Notes: generated from the sequence alone by a model not told the origin. 64,000 nucleotides of DNA from PVC group bacterium (GCA_024231215.1 JAAEQR010000034.1:12668-76667); one strand, 5' to 3'; positions 25,317 through 32,546 are shown, counted from the first letter of the stretch. Numbers and translations are program-made.

Positions 25317-26615
25317 TTAAATTCCCTTTTCAATACAAGCTTGCAAAAATTGCTTGTATTTTAATTTTCTAGCCATTTCAAGAACATTTTGCCAGTTCAT
25401 TTTTTGAATTGACATTATACTATCATTTTCGGCGATAATAGCAATCAAATTAGTTAATTGCATAAATCCAATTAAAGAATTTATTTTTAATGTTCCGCGC
25501 CATAATCTAAACTCAATTGTTGAAATGGGTATTAAATTAACACTTTGATAGCGTCCTTGCTTGACATTTTTTTCTTTAATGCCAGTGACAAGCTTTTTAT
25601 TTAATTTTCCTAGATCTTCATTTTTATGACAATAATTCAGATTATTTCTTTTTGAGAAAAGAAATAAATGTTGCCACAATTTCTCGAAAATTAAACAAAT
25701 TTTAGTTGCTGACAATTCATAATTTGAAAAATATTGACGATTTACATGGATATGAAATCCACAATTTCCCGAATTATGAGAAACGGCATTATAATCACGA
25801 CATATTTCAACTAATTTTTGTAAAGGGAATTTATTGACAAAAAAATCTAGAGTGCAAGGTTGTGAACAAATTTCAATTCCTAGATCTGACAATGAACCGT
25901 CTGTTTTTAAATAAAAATATTTTTCATTTTCACTTAAATTATATAATTCATAAACTAAATCGGGTACATTATCAATTTTTTCAATCTCTAGCTCCCAACC
26001 TAAAAACAAGTCAGTTGCTTTTTTTTGTGAAATGGAATGAAAAGTCATTCTATTCGGTGTATAATCATAATTATGTAAGTGTTCAATGCACCCATGATCA
26101 TTATAGCAATCTTCACAATAAGATCGGTGACATGATTCACAATAATAAGATTGATCATCGTGATATAAATCACCACAACGTGAACACGTAAAGTATTCTT
26201 CTAGACAATTTTCGCATAAACAATGATCATTATTATAATGATAATGATCATTGTCCCGATGTATATCACATTCACAACTATCACAAACTAGGTAATCATT
26301 TTCATAACAAGTTTGACAAACTATTCTATTTCCATCATTTATAGAAATAGAATCATCATTAAGATGAACATTTCCGCAATCGTCACACTCAAAAAATAAT
26401 TCCTCAAAACATTCTTCACAATAATTTTTTCTGTTAATTCGCTGTAGATTTTCCCTATCTCTTTCAAAATGTTCCTTACAATGACTACACTTAAAAACAT
26501 TGTTTTTAAAACATTCTGAACAATAAGAAAAATCCTCATTGTGATATTCAGTTACAACTTGTCCACAACTAGAACAAACTTTTTCCGCTTGTACTTCTTT
26601 TTCCTCTTTTTCCAT
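25317..26615 (-). CDS. Amidoligase_2-family-like protein with N-terminal Cys-rich zinc-ribbon repeats
   Basis: N-terminal ~190 aa hold more than ten C-x2-C pairs; the C-terminal half has GWELEIE, KTDGSL..GIEICSQP and CGFHIHV, resembling amidoligase (GS-like) motifs. Confidence 0.45.
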   Translation of the reverse strand: MEKEEKEVQAEKVCSSCGQVVTEYHNEDFSYCSECFKNNVFKCSHCKEHFERDRENLQRINRKNYCEECFEELFFECDDCGNVHLNDDSISINDGNRIVCQTCYENDYLVCDSCECDIHRDNDHYHYNNDHCLCENCLEEYFTCSRCGDLYHDDQSYYCESCHRSYCEDCYNDHGCIEHLHNYDYTPNRMTFHSISQKKATDLFLGWELEIEKIDNVPDLVYELYNLSENEKYFYLKTDGSLSDLGIEICSQPCTLDFFVNKFPLQKLVEICRDYNAVSHNSGNCGFHIHVNRQYFSNYELSATKICLIFEKLWQHLFLFSKRNNLNYCHKNEDLGKLNKKLVTGIKEKNVKQGRYQSVNLIPISTIEFRLWRGTLKINSLIGFMQLTNLIAIIAENDSIMSIQKMNWQNVLEMARKLKYKQFLQACIEKGI

Positions 26616-26646
26616 AATATTTAACCCTTTAAATAATTATAAATTT

Positions 26647-26697
26647 AAGGTTATAAAAACCTTATAACTAACTATCAAAAATTATTTGATAGTTAGA
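26647..26697 (-). promoter_or_regulatory. early-gene promoter/hairpin cassette (TTGATA-17-TATAAC; hairpins A 26647-26663, B 26668-26697)
   Basis: A AAGGTTataaaaAACCTT (compensated variant of AAGATTT/AAATCTT); B CTAACTATCAAA-aattat-TTTGATAGTTAG. Confidence 0.5.
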
Positions 26698-26712
26698 TAC
26701 AAAATTTTAAAA

Positions 26713-26988
26713 TTAAACAGACTCGGATAATATGCAATCTAGACAATAATTTTTCCCATTTATTTTATTTGTCTTTTCTTTATATCTTTCAAAATATCCA
26801 TTGCAATGGCTACACTTAAAAATATTTTTTAGATACGTTTTTTCTTTTCGGTCAAATAATGTAATCTCTTTCCAAATTTTGTTATTTGACTTAACATTAA
26901 AACGATCAATCGCCTGTTTTTTATAACAGTATGTCCACTCATAAACCGTTCCGCCATTTCGTACCATTGTTATTAAAAATCTTTTCAT
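26713..26988 (-). CDS. small zinc-ribbon protein
   Basis: CSHCNGYFERYKEKTNKINGKNYCLDC. Confidence 0.45.
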   Translation of the reverse strand: MKRFLITMVRNGGTVYEWTYCYKKQAIDRFNVKSNNKIWKEITLFDRKEKTYLKNIFKCSHCNGYFERYKEKTNKINGKNYCLDCILSESV

Positions 26989-27018
26989 AATATTTAACCC
27001 TTTAAATAATTATAAATT

Positions 27019-27069
27019 TAAAGTTTATAAAAAACTTTATAACTAACTATCAAATAATATTGATAGTTA
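27019..27069 (-). promoter_or_regulatory. early-gene promoter/hairpin cassette (hairpins A 27019-27037, B 27042-27069)
   Basis: A AAAGTTTataaaaAACTTT; B CTAACTATCAA-ataat-ATTGATAGTTAG; TTGATA-18-TATAAA on the minus strand. Confidence 0.45.
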
Positions 27070-27082
27070 GATACAAAATTTT

Positions 27083-27226
27083 ATTAAGCTATTTTTTGCC
27101 TGATTGCATTACGTCTAGAAAAAACTTTACCATTTTTATCAACTTCAAAAATGGTTTGAACATAAATAATTTTATTTCTTAAGTCTACAGCTTTTATCCA
27201 TTTTGTTTTTTTGATAATTTTCATTT
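27083..27226 (-). CDS. small basic protein (47 aa)
   Basis: Manually translated MKIIKKTKWIKAVDLRNKIIYVQTIFEVDKNGKVFSRRNAIRQKIA; AGGAAT SD; not in track. Confidence 0.3.
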
Positions 27227-27235
27227 TTTTTATTC

Positions 27236-27652
27236 CTAGATTATATCATATTTACGGAAAAGAGAAAAAACTTTACTTGTAATAAAATTAAAATAATTAA
27301 AAATTATTTTATCTTTATCATCATTACAAAGTTTGATATTTTCCCAATTTTCAAAAAGTGAAACAATATCTTTTTCAGATTTAGCAATTTTAAAACAGGA
27401 ACTTTTATTGGAAAGCCACTCTTTAAAGGCTAATTGTTTAGTTAGCCCTTTATATGGTTTTATTCGATAATAACCATACTGTTCCATAAAAATATCATGT
27501 AGAAATTCAAGCTTTGAAGCATTGGTCAAATTGCCGTAAAAATAATTGCTATGATCAATACTATCTAAAATATACTTACTACTTTTTTGATATAACTTTT
27601 CATTAGACATAATAAGCCCCTTTTTTAATTTAATATTTAAACATAAAATCAT
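27236..27652 (-). CDS. hypothetical protein
   Basis: 138 aa; first gene of the leftward arm next to the control region. Confidence 0.45.
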   Translation of the reverse strand: MILCLNIKLKKGLIMSNEKLYQKSSKYILDSIDHSNYFYGNLTNASKLEFLHDIFMEQYGYYRIKPYKGLTKQLAFKEWLSNKSSCFKIAKSEKDIVSLFENWENIKLCNDDKDKIIFNYFNFITSKVFSLFRKYDII

Positions 27653-28139
27653 TTTAATAATTATAAAATGACTTTATGTAAAAACATTATAAATAATGTT
27701 TTTACAACTAATTACATTGAAATCTGAAATATACAATTAAAAAATGCATATCGCTTGTAATTAGATTTTAGGGTTTTTATTATGTTAAAGGGTTTTGATT
27801 GGGATTACTTTATTTGATTTACTTGCTTTTTGCAAATTTCCGGTTTGCCCGTTTTCAATCAATCAAGATGTTTAAAACATCTTTTTTTTCATCCGTATAT
27901 TTTCAAAGATCAATAGTTAAAAACAACTATTTTGAAATAAACATTTAACATATAAAATCATTAAATATTTATTTACTAACTGTATATAGTATCGCTATAT
28001 ATAGTCAATTTGTCAATAGCTATTTTAAAAAAATTGCCTTTTTTTAGAAAAAAATTCAATAAGTTAGTCTAGCCTAATTTAGCTAATTATAACACTAATT
28101 AGAAAGTAGTAACACGATTTATCCTACACAATTTAAGAA

Positions 28140-28610
28140 ATTACAATAATTACATAATCCAGGATAATTGAATCATTTTAAATAATTACTAAAAATGAAT
28201 AAAATGGCTATAATCGGGATAACAAGCATTTTAAATAATTGATCTATTTTAAGTAATTACAATAAATGAAGTAAGTACAGAAAATGATTATAATAAACAA
28301 TTACTAAAATTAAACTAATTACAGAAAATGAATAAAATACCAGTATCATAATAAACAATTACAATAATTTAAGTAATTACAAAAAATGAACAGAACAACC
28401 ATTTTCCATAATTACAAAAAATGAAATAAATAACCTGGTTTTAATAAATTGAATCATTTTAAATAATTACTAAAAATAGACAAAATAAGCCAATACCATT
28501 TTAAACAATTACTTAAAATGAATAAATGAAAAAACTTACAAAATACTACAAACAATTACAATAAGTACTTAAAATGAATAAAATGAAGTAATTATTAAAA
28601 ATGTTAAAAA
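28140..28610. repeat. array of about 12 degenerate direct repeats, core AATTAC(T/A)AAAAATGAATAAA
   Basis: Copies near 28186, 28255, 28300, 28314, 28358, 28375, 28410, 28465, 28507, 28554, 28573, 28593; a longer ~30-bp unit TTGAATCATTTTAAATAATTACTAAAAAT occurs at 28168 and 28449; ORF-free. Confidence 0.75.
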
Positions 28611-28870
28611 AAGCTATAGAGTAGATATAAACAATCATATAGACCTTGCTATAATATACCCTCATACTGTATATAAGACACGCCATAAGCATATAGAATA
28701 CTCTATACCCATATACTATAGAGTGCTTAATATAATGGCTATAGAAGGGTATATATTAAGCCATATAGAGTGTCATATATAATAATGGCTTAAGAAGGGG
28801 ATATATTAAGGATGTAAGCTGATTGACGGCTTAAGAGTGGTATATAAAGACATATAGCGATATTATAACC
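28610..28870. repeat. cluster of (C/T)ATATAGAG-type short motifs and three ~29-bp direct repeats
   Basis: AATGGCTATAGAAGGGTATATATTAAGCC (28734-28762), AATGGCTTAAGAAGGGGATATATTAAGGA (28783-28811), CGGCTTAAGAGTGGTATATAAAGAC (28826-28850); at least 6 copies of nTATAGnG. Confidence 0.6.
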
Positions 28871-29082
28871 GGAACTCAATCCAAAAATTATAATATTGCA
28901 ATAATGCGATATAGTTAACACTATAATCAAGTAGACATAATTACTATTTTGTCTTATTATATAAACTATACATAATCATATATTATGTATAATAAAAGGC
29001 TAAACCATGTCACACACTATATATGGTACTGTTTAACCCCGCGTGTTTTCCCAGGAAATTTTTTAGGGGGTGGTGTTTTCTG

Positions 29083-29160
29083 GGGGATCCCCCGCTTAAG
29101 CCATCCGAACATAACCATCCGCTTAAGCCATCCGAACATAGCCATCGCTTAAGCCATAAA
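29083..29160. repeat. GC-rich palindrome GGGGGATCCCCC followed by 2.6 x 27-bp direct repeats (CGCTTAAGCCATCCGAACATAACCATC)
   Basis: Repeats at 29093-29119, 29120-29145 and a partial copy at 29146-29160, immediately upstream of the first rightward promoter. Confidence 0.7.
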
Positions 29161-29174
29161 AACAGAAAAAAGTG

Positions 29175-29202
29175 TTAGTCATCTACCTATACGTGATATA
29201 TA
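29175..29202 (+). promoter_or_regulatory. promoter AAAAAAGTG-TTAGTC-16-TGaTATATA
   Basis: -35-like TTAGTC 29175-29180, extended -10 TGaTATATA 29194-29202, ~18 nt before the ATG at 29221. Confidence 0.5.
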
Positions 29203-29220
29203 GGGGTTAGAGAGGTAAAG

Positions 29221-29460
29221 ATGGAAATAAACTCAATTTTTGAAATAGGTTGTAAGATTGCGATAGGAGGTGTGTGGATTTCTATAATTCTTGCACTTTT
29301 GTTTTTTTGGCATTGGTTTTGGGAAAAAGTTACTAATCGCTGGTTCGTCAGAGAAATCAGTGCTTCGGCTGCGTTAGAGGTTTTTGGTACGATTTCCTGC
29401 ACTATTATATCTATTGGTCTGATAATAGCGTTTATTGGTCTTTTAGTGGGGGAAGGTTAA
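29221..29460 (+). CDS. small membrane protein (2 TM)
   Basis: 79 aa; hydrophobic segments IAIGGVWISIILALLFF and GTISCTIISIGLIIAFIGLLV. Confidence 0.5.
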   Translation: MEINSIFEIGCKIAIGGVWISIILALLFFWHWFWEKVTNRWFVREISASAALEVFGTISCTIISIGLIIAFIGLLVGEG

Positions 29461-29464
29461 AACA

Positions 29465-29692
29465 ATGAAGAGAACGGATGAAAGGTGTAAAGTAGCTTTA
29501 CAATGTATTGTAGATCTGCAATCCATGGGAAGTTACTTCTTATGGGCAAAAATGGCAGCTATTGCAAGATATGCGTTAACCGGGGAAGTTGATGAACTGG
29601 AACCATGGCCTGTGCCTCAAGAAGTGAAAGATAAGATTGATCAGACATGCAGTGATTCCGGTTATACTGGCAAAATAGAGAAAAAGTGTTAG
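29465..29692 (+). CDS. hypothetical protein
   Basis: 75-aa ORF. Confidence 0.45.
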   Translation: MKRTDERCKVALQCIVDLQSMGSYFLWAKMAAIARYALTGEVDELEPWPVPQEVKDKIDQTCSDSGYTGKIEKKC

Positions 29693-29716
29693 TCATTCCC
29701 GTTATAGTGATATATA
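29689..29716 (+). promoter_or_regulatory. promoter AAAAAGTG-TTAGTC-16-TGaTATATA (second copy)
   Basis: TTAGTC 29689-29694; TGaTATATA 29708-29716; precedes the ATG at 29736. Confidence 0.5.
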
Positions 29717-29735
29717 GGGATGATGGGGGCATAAG

Positions 29736-30278
29736 ATGAACACATGGTTTACATCAGATTTACATCTGGGACATGAAAATATAATCGAGTATTGTAAGCG
29801 CCCTTTTAAAGATGGTGAGCATATGGACAAAACTCTTATTAGAAATTGGAATGAAAGAGTTAAAGATGATGATACAGTTTTCCATCTTGGAGATTTTTGT
29901 TTTAAAGGAGGATGGGAAGGTGGGGGGAATAAAGCTCGATATTGGGAAAATCAATTAAATGGTAAGGTTATTCATGTATCTGGAAATCATGATAAAAATA
30001 ATTCTACAAAATCAATTCTTACTCAAGCTATTTTTGAATTCGGTAATAAAAAAATTATAGCTCGGCATGTACCCTTTGAGAATACAAATGAAATTCCCTC
30101 GGAAATAGATTATGCGTTAGTAGGTCATGTACATGAGAAATGGAAACAGAAATGGTTATATGATGAGTTTAACTATAGGCTGAATATTCCAATGATAAAT
30201 GTTGGTGTGGATGTTTGGGACTTTAGACCTATTAAGTTAATAGAGATAATAAAATATTATGAGAGGGTGATAATATGA
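29736..30278 (+). CDS. metallophosphoesterase (calcineurin-like)
   Basis: SDLHLGHEN, GDFCFKG and VSGNHD: D-x-H / GD / GNH[DE] motifs of MPP enzymes. Confidence 0.7.
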   Translation: MNTWFTSDLHLGHENIIEYCKRPFKDGEHMDKTLIRNWNERVKDDDTVFHLGDFCFKGGWEGGGNKARYWENQLNGKVIHVSGNHDKNNSTKSILTQAIFEFGNKKIIARHVPFENTNEIPSEIDYALVGHVHEKWKQKWLYDEFNYRLNIPMINVGVDVWDFRPIKLIEIIKYYERVII

Positions 30279-30667
30279 GAGAAATTAAGTTCAGGGCTTA
30301 TGACAGGGTGAAGGAGAAGTGGATGTGGCCTTATCCGGAGGGATTTCATATCATTGGTGAGGTAACTGTATTCAATATGCTTAACGGGGTGCCGTTAAGG
30401 AATTTTAATGATATTGAGATCTTACAGTTTACCGGATTGTATGATTTTAATGATGTTCCGATATATGAAGGTGATATTCTGATTGCAGATCCCTTGAAGT
30501 ATGCGGATGAGACTACCCCTTACCAGGTTATTTTTGAGGATGGGTGCTTCAGGATGGAATATGCGGAATGGGAAAGAGGTTTAGGGAGGCCTGCGATTAC
30601 GAAGTCCGGTTTACGGATTCTGGATGATGTGGTTATTGGAAATAAATTTGAGGGGTTGAAAAGATGA
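30275..30667 (+). CDS. YopX-like phage protein
   Basis: MREIKFRAYD, LQFTGLYDFNDVPIYEGDIL and VIGNKFE match the YopX family consensus. Confidence 0.6.
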   Translation: MREIKFRAYDRVKEKWMWPYPEGFHIIGEVTVFNMLNGVPLRNFNDIEILQFTGLYDFNDVPIYEGDILIADPLKYADETTPYQVIFEDGCFRMEYAEWERGLGRPAITKSGLRILDDVVIGNKFEGLKR

Positions 30668-30831
30668 GTATAGATGGGGGAGATGTCAGGATTATAATAA
30701 TATTCCTGCTGTTGATTGTAGTGTTTCTCATAGCATCGGAGACTCTCCGGAGCCAGAAGGAAATAATATGTTCTCTGGAGAGGATAGAGAAGAAGATTGA
30801 ACTTCAGATAAACTATGAGGAGGAGATATGA
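30664..30831 (+). CDS. small membrane protein (55 aa)
   Basis: Manually translated MSIDGGDVRIIIIFLLLIVVFLIASETLRSQKEIICSLERIEKKIELQINYEEEI; ATGA overlaps on both sides. Confidence 0.35.
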   Translation: MSIDGGDVRIIIIFLLLIVVFLIASETLRSQKEIICSLERIEKKIELQINYEEEI

Positions 30832-31025
30832 CAGAATGGGAAAAAGAAATTGAAAAACAGCTTGATGACGAAACAAATATATTCCATCATGAAAGAAAAA
30901 TTCTTTTAAGAATAATTAAACAGGAAATCAAGAAGTTTGGTGACGAACTTGTGGATAAATCTACAAAAAGTGGTTGGCTGGACAGCCTTATAAAGGCTAT
31001 ATATAAAAAAAGAGGTATAAAATGA
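30828..31025 (+). CDS. hypothetical protein
   Basis: 65-aa ORF, coupled (ATGA). Confidence 0.45.
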   Translation: MTEWEKEIEKQLDDETNIFHHERKILLRIIKQEIKKFGDELVDKSTKSGWLDSLIKAIYKKRGIK

Positions 31026-31240
31026 CTATAACGTATACCAAAACTACAGATGGTTCCCGTGTTCGGATTGTTCGGATCAGTTACAATGGTGTGATTTATG
31101 GGGCATGGGATGAGGACGCGAATATCAATTATCCGGAGGATTTAACCCTGGAAAGAGATTTGTCTCTTCTGGTGGAGATCGGGGTTTTAATAGGGAGACA
31201 GATGGAAAGGGATGAACCTTCAAAGATTCTTCCCTTATAA
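31022..31240 (+). CDS. hypothetical protein
   Basis: 72-aa ORF, coupled. Confidence 0.45.
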   Translation: MTITYTKTTDGSRVRIVRISYNGVIYGAWDEDANINYPEDLTLERDLSLLVEIGVLIGRQMERDEPSKILPL

Positions 31241-31247
31241 AAGAAAA

Positions 31248-31276
31248 CCCCGGAGCACAAGCTTCCGGGGGGCCAT
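31248..31276. other. GC-rich hairpin CCCCGGAG-cacaagc-TTCCGGGG with A-tract on the + side (possible terminator, strongest on the minus strand)
   Basis: Follows the stop of 31022..31240; no T-run follows on the + strand. Confidence 0.3.
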
Positions 31277-31385
31277 GAGACTCTAACGACTCATAGGGAT
31301 GATAAATGTACTATGGTTATAGTAGTACATTCTGTCAATAATTTTTTGGTCATTTTTTAAAAAATGTTAAATATAATTTTCAAGG

Positions 31386-31625
31386 ATGTTAAATATGAAA
31401 AAAATAAGTAAACTTTTTAAGAGATTTATTTTTAGTTCTTTTCTTAAATTCTTTCGGAATTGTTGTGTGCTTTGTGTTGTTGCTTCGTTCTTAGAAGGCG
31501 CGTTTTTAGGGGCTTCTAATCTGAATTTTATCTTCGGGGTAGGGCTTGCGGGATTTATGGTAACCACCACTTTGTACGGGGAGTATTTTGCAGCGCATAT
31601 AGAGGAGTATTCCTGTGATAGATAG
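31386..31625 (+). CDS. membrane protein
   Basis: 79 aa; likely start MKKISK at 31396 with AAGGATG SD; hydrophobic core. Confidence 0.4.
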   Translation: MLNMKKISKLFKRFIFSSFLKFFRNCCVLCVVASFLEGAFLGASNLNFIFGVGLAGFMVTTTLYGEYFAAHIEEYSCDR

Positions 31626-31641
31626 GTGGGATATTTTATAG

Positions 31642-31667
31642 TAGGTATATATACCTACTATAAAGAG
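31642..31667. promoter_or_regulatory. 26-bp perfect palindrome TATAGTAGGTATATATACCTACTATA (candidate operator)
   Basis: Exact dyad symmetry; lies just upstream of the promoter at 31692. Confidence 0.5.
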
Positions 31668-31691
31668 AAAATGACACAGTACAAAAAAGTG

Positions 31692-31719
31692 TTGAATCTT
31701 TTTTTTACGCCTGTATACT
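31692..31719 (+). promoter_or_regulatory. promoter AAAAAAGTG-TTGAAT-16-TATACT
   Basis: Preceded by the AAAAAAGTG element shared by this promoter family; followed by the CTTGCA-n8-TGCAAG palindrome and the ATG at 31741. Confidence 0.45.
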
Positions 31720-31740
31720 TGCAAAAACGCTTGCAAGGGG

Positions 31741-31926
31741 ATGATTATGGCGAATTCGGGGATAAAGACGATTGAAGAGAGGTTTCTTGAAGAGAAAGAG
31801 AAGAAAAAGTCGGAAGGGTGTATAGCAGATGACGCCCAGGGATGTTTGATTTGCGGTTGTCCCACTTATACAAACATTAAAGTGTGTGCGCCCTGCTTTC
31901 AACGCTACAGAGATATATTTATGTAA
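31741..31926 (+). CDS. small zinc-ribbon protein
   Basis: CLICGCPTYTNIKVCAPC. Confidence 0.45.
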   Translation: MIMANSGIKTIEERFLEEKEKKKSEGCIADDAQGCLICGCPTYTNIKVCAPCFQRYRDIFM

Positions 31927-31936
31927 GGAGAAGATA

Positions 31937-32146
31937 ATGAGGATAACACCGTTAGAAATTGAAATTGAACGAGGATCTTTTGGCAGGACTCTTTTTATTA
32001 TTTTGTTAAATATCGATCTTGATCATAGTAATTCAAGTTTATTAGAGATTGGGATTTATCAAGGGGGATTTCGTTTTGAGATATTCTTCTGGAGATACAT
32101 CCGGTATACCCTGATAGAAAGATTTTTAGACAGATTAGGCGAATAA
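31937..32146 (+). CDS. hypothetical protein
   Basis: Internal start of track ORF 31886..32146, with an AAGGAGAAG SD before MRITPLEIEIE. Confidence 0.4.
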   Translation: MRITPLEIEIERGSFGRTLFIILLNIDLDHSNSSLLEIGIYQGGFRFEIFFWRYIRYTLIERFLDRLGE

Positions 32147-32158
32147 AAAGAAAAAAGC

Positions 32159-32186
32159 TTCCTCAAAACTATATCCGTGATATATA
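32159..32186 (+). promoter_or_regulatory. promoter AAAAAAGC-TTCCTC-16-TGaTATATA
   Basis: cgTGaTATATATAAAGAG, 18 nt before the ATG at 32205; weak -35. Confidence 0.4.
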
Positions 32187-32204
32187 TAAAGAGAAGGGAC
32201 AATT

Positions 32205-32546
32205 ATGGGAACGATTACGAGAACCAGAGAAAGAAATTTTATAAAAGAAAGCGCTTTAGCCCACTATGACGGAATGATTGCCTGGGCGAAAAGCCAACGG
32301 CGGTTTAATGAACCGGATAAACACACCATGTATTATCATTTACATGAATGTTGGTTTTCAGAAGATTGTGATTATTGTACTACATATAGTGTCGAAGACT
32401 TTGATGACGGTTGTTATAAATGTCCTTTAAGTAAAAACCGTGAGTGTTGTGGTGGTCTATGGTATGAAATGAATGATACAATGTTTTGGTGGACATGGAT
32501 AAGAAAGGCGAAAAAAGTAAAACAATATATAGCGGATAATGGTTAA
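32205..32546 (+). CDS. Cys-rich protein
   Basis: 113 aa; CWFSEDCDYCTTYSVEDFDDGCYKCPLSKNRECCGG. Confidence 0.5.
   Translation: MGTITRTRERNFIKESALAHYDGMIAWAKSQRRFNEPDKHTMYYHLHECWFSEDCDYCTTYSVEDFDDGCYKCPLSKNRECCGGLWYEMNDTMFWWTWIRKAKKVKQYIADNG

Noticed and set aside
28140-28610. Possible CRISPR array
   Set aside because: The repeats are degenerate and AT-rich with irregular spacing, and there are no unique spacers of uniform length. No cas genes occur anywhere in the window.
31367-31902. Minus-strand ORFs 31367..31570, 31506..31865 and 31705..31902 in the rightward early region
   Set aside because: They overlap plus-strand genes that have SD sites and promoters. The orientation conflicts with the uniformly rightward arm.
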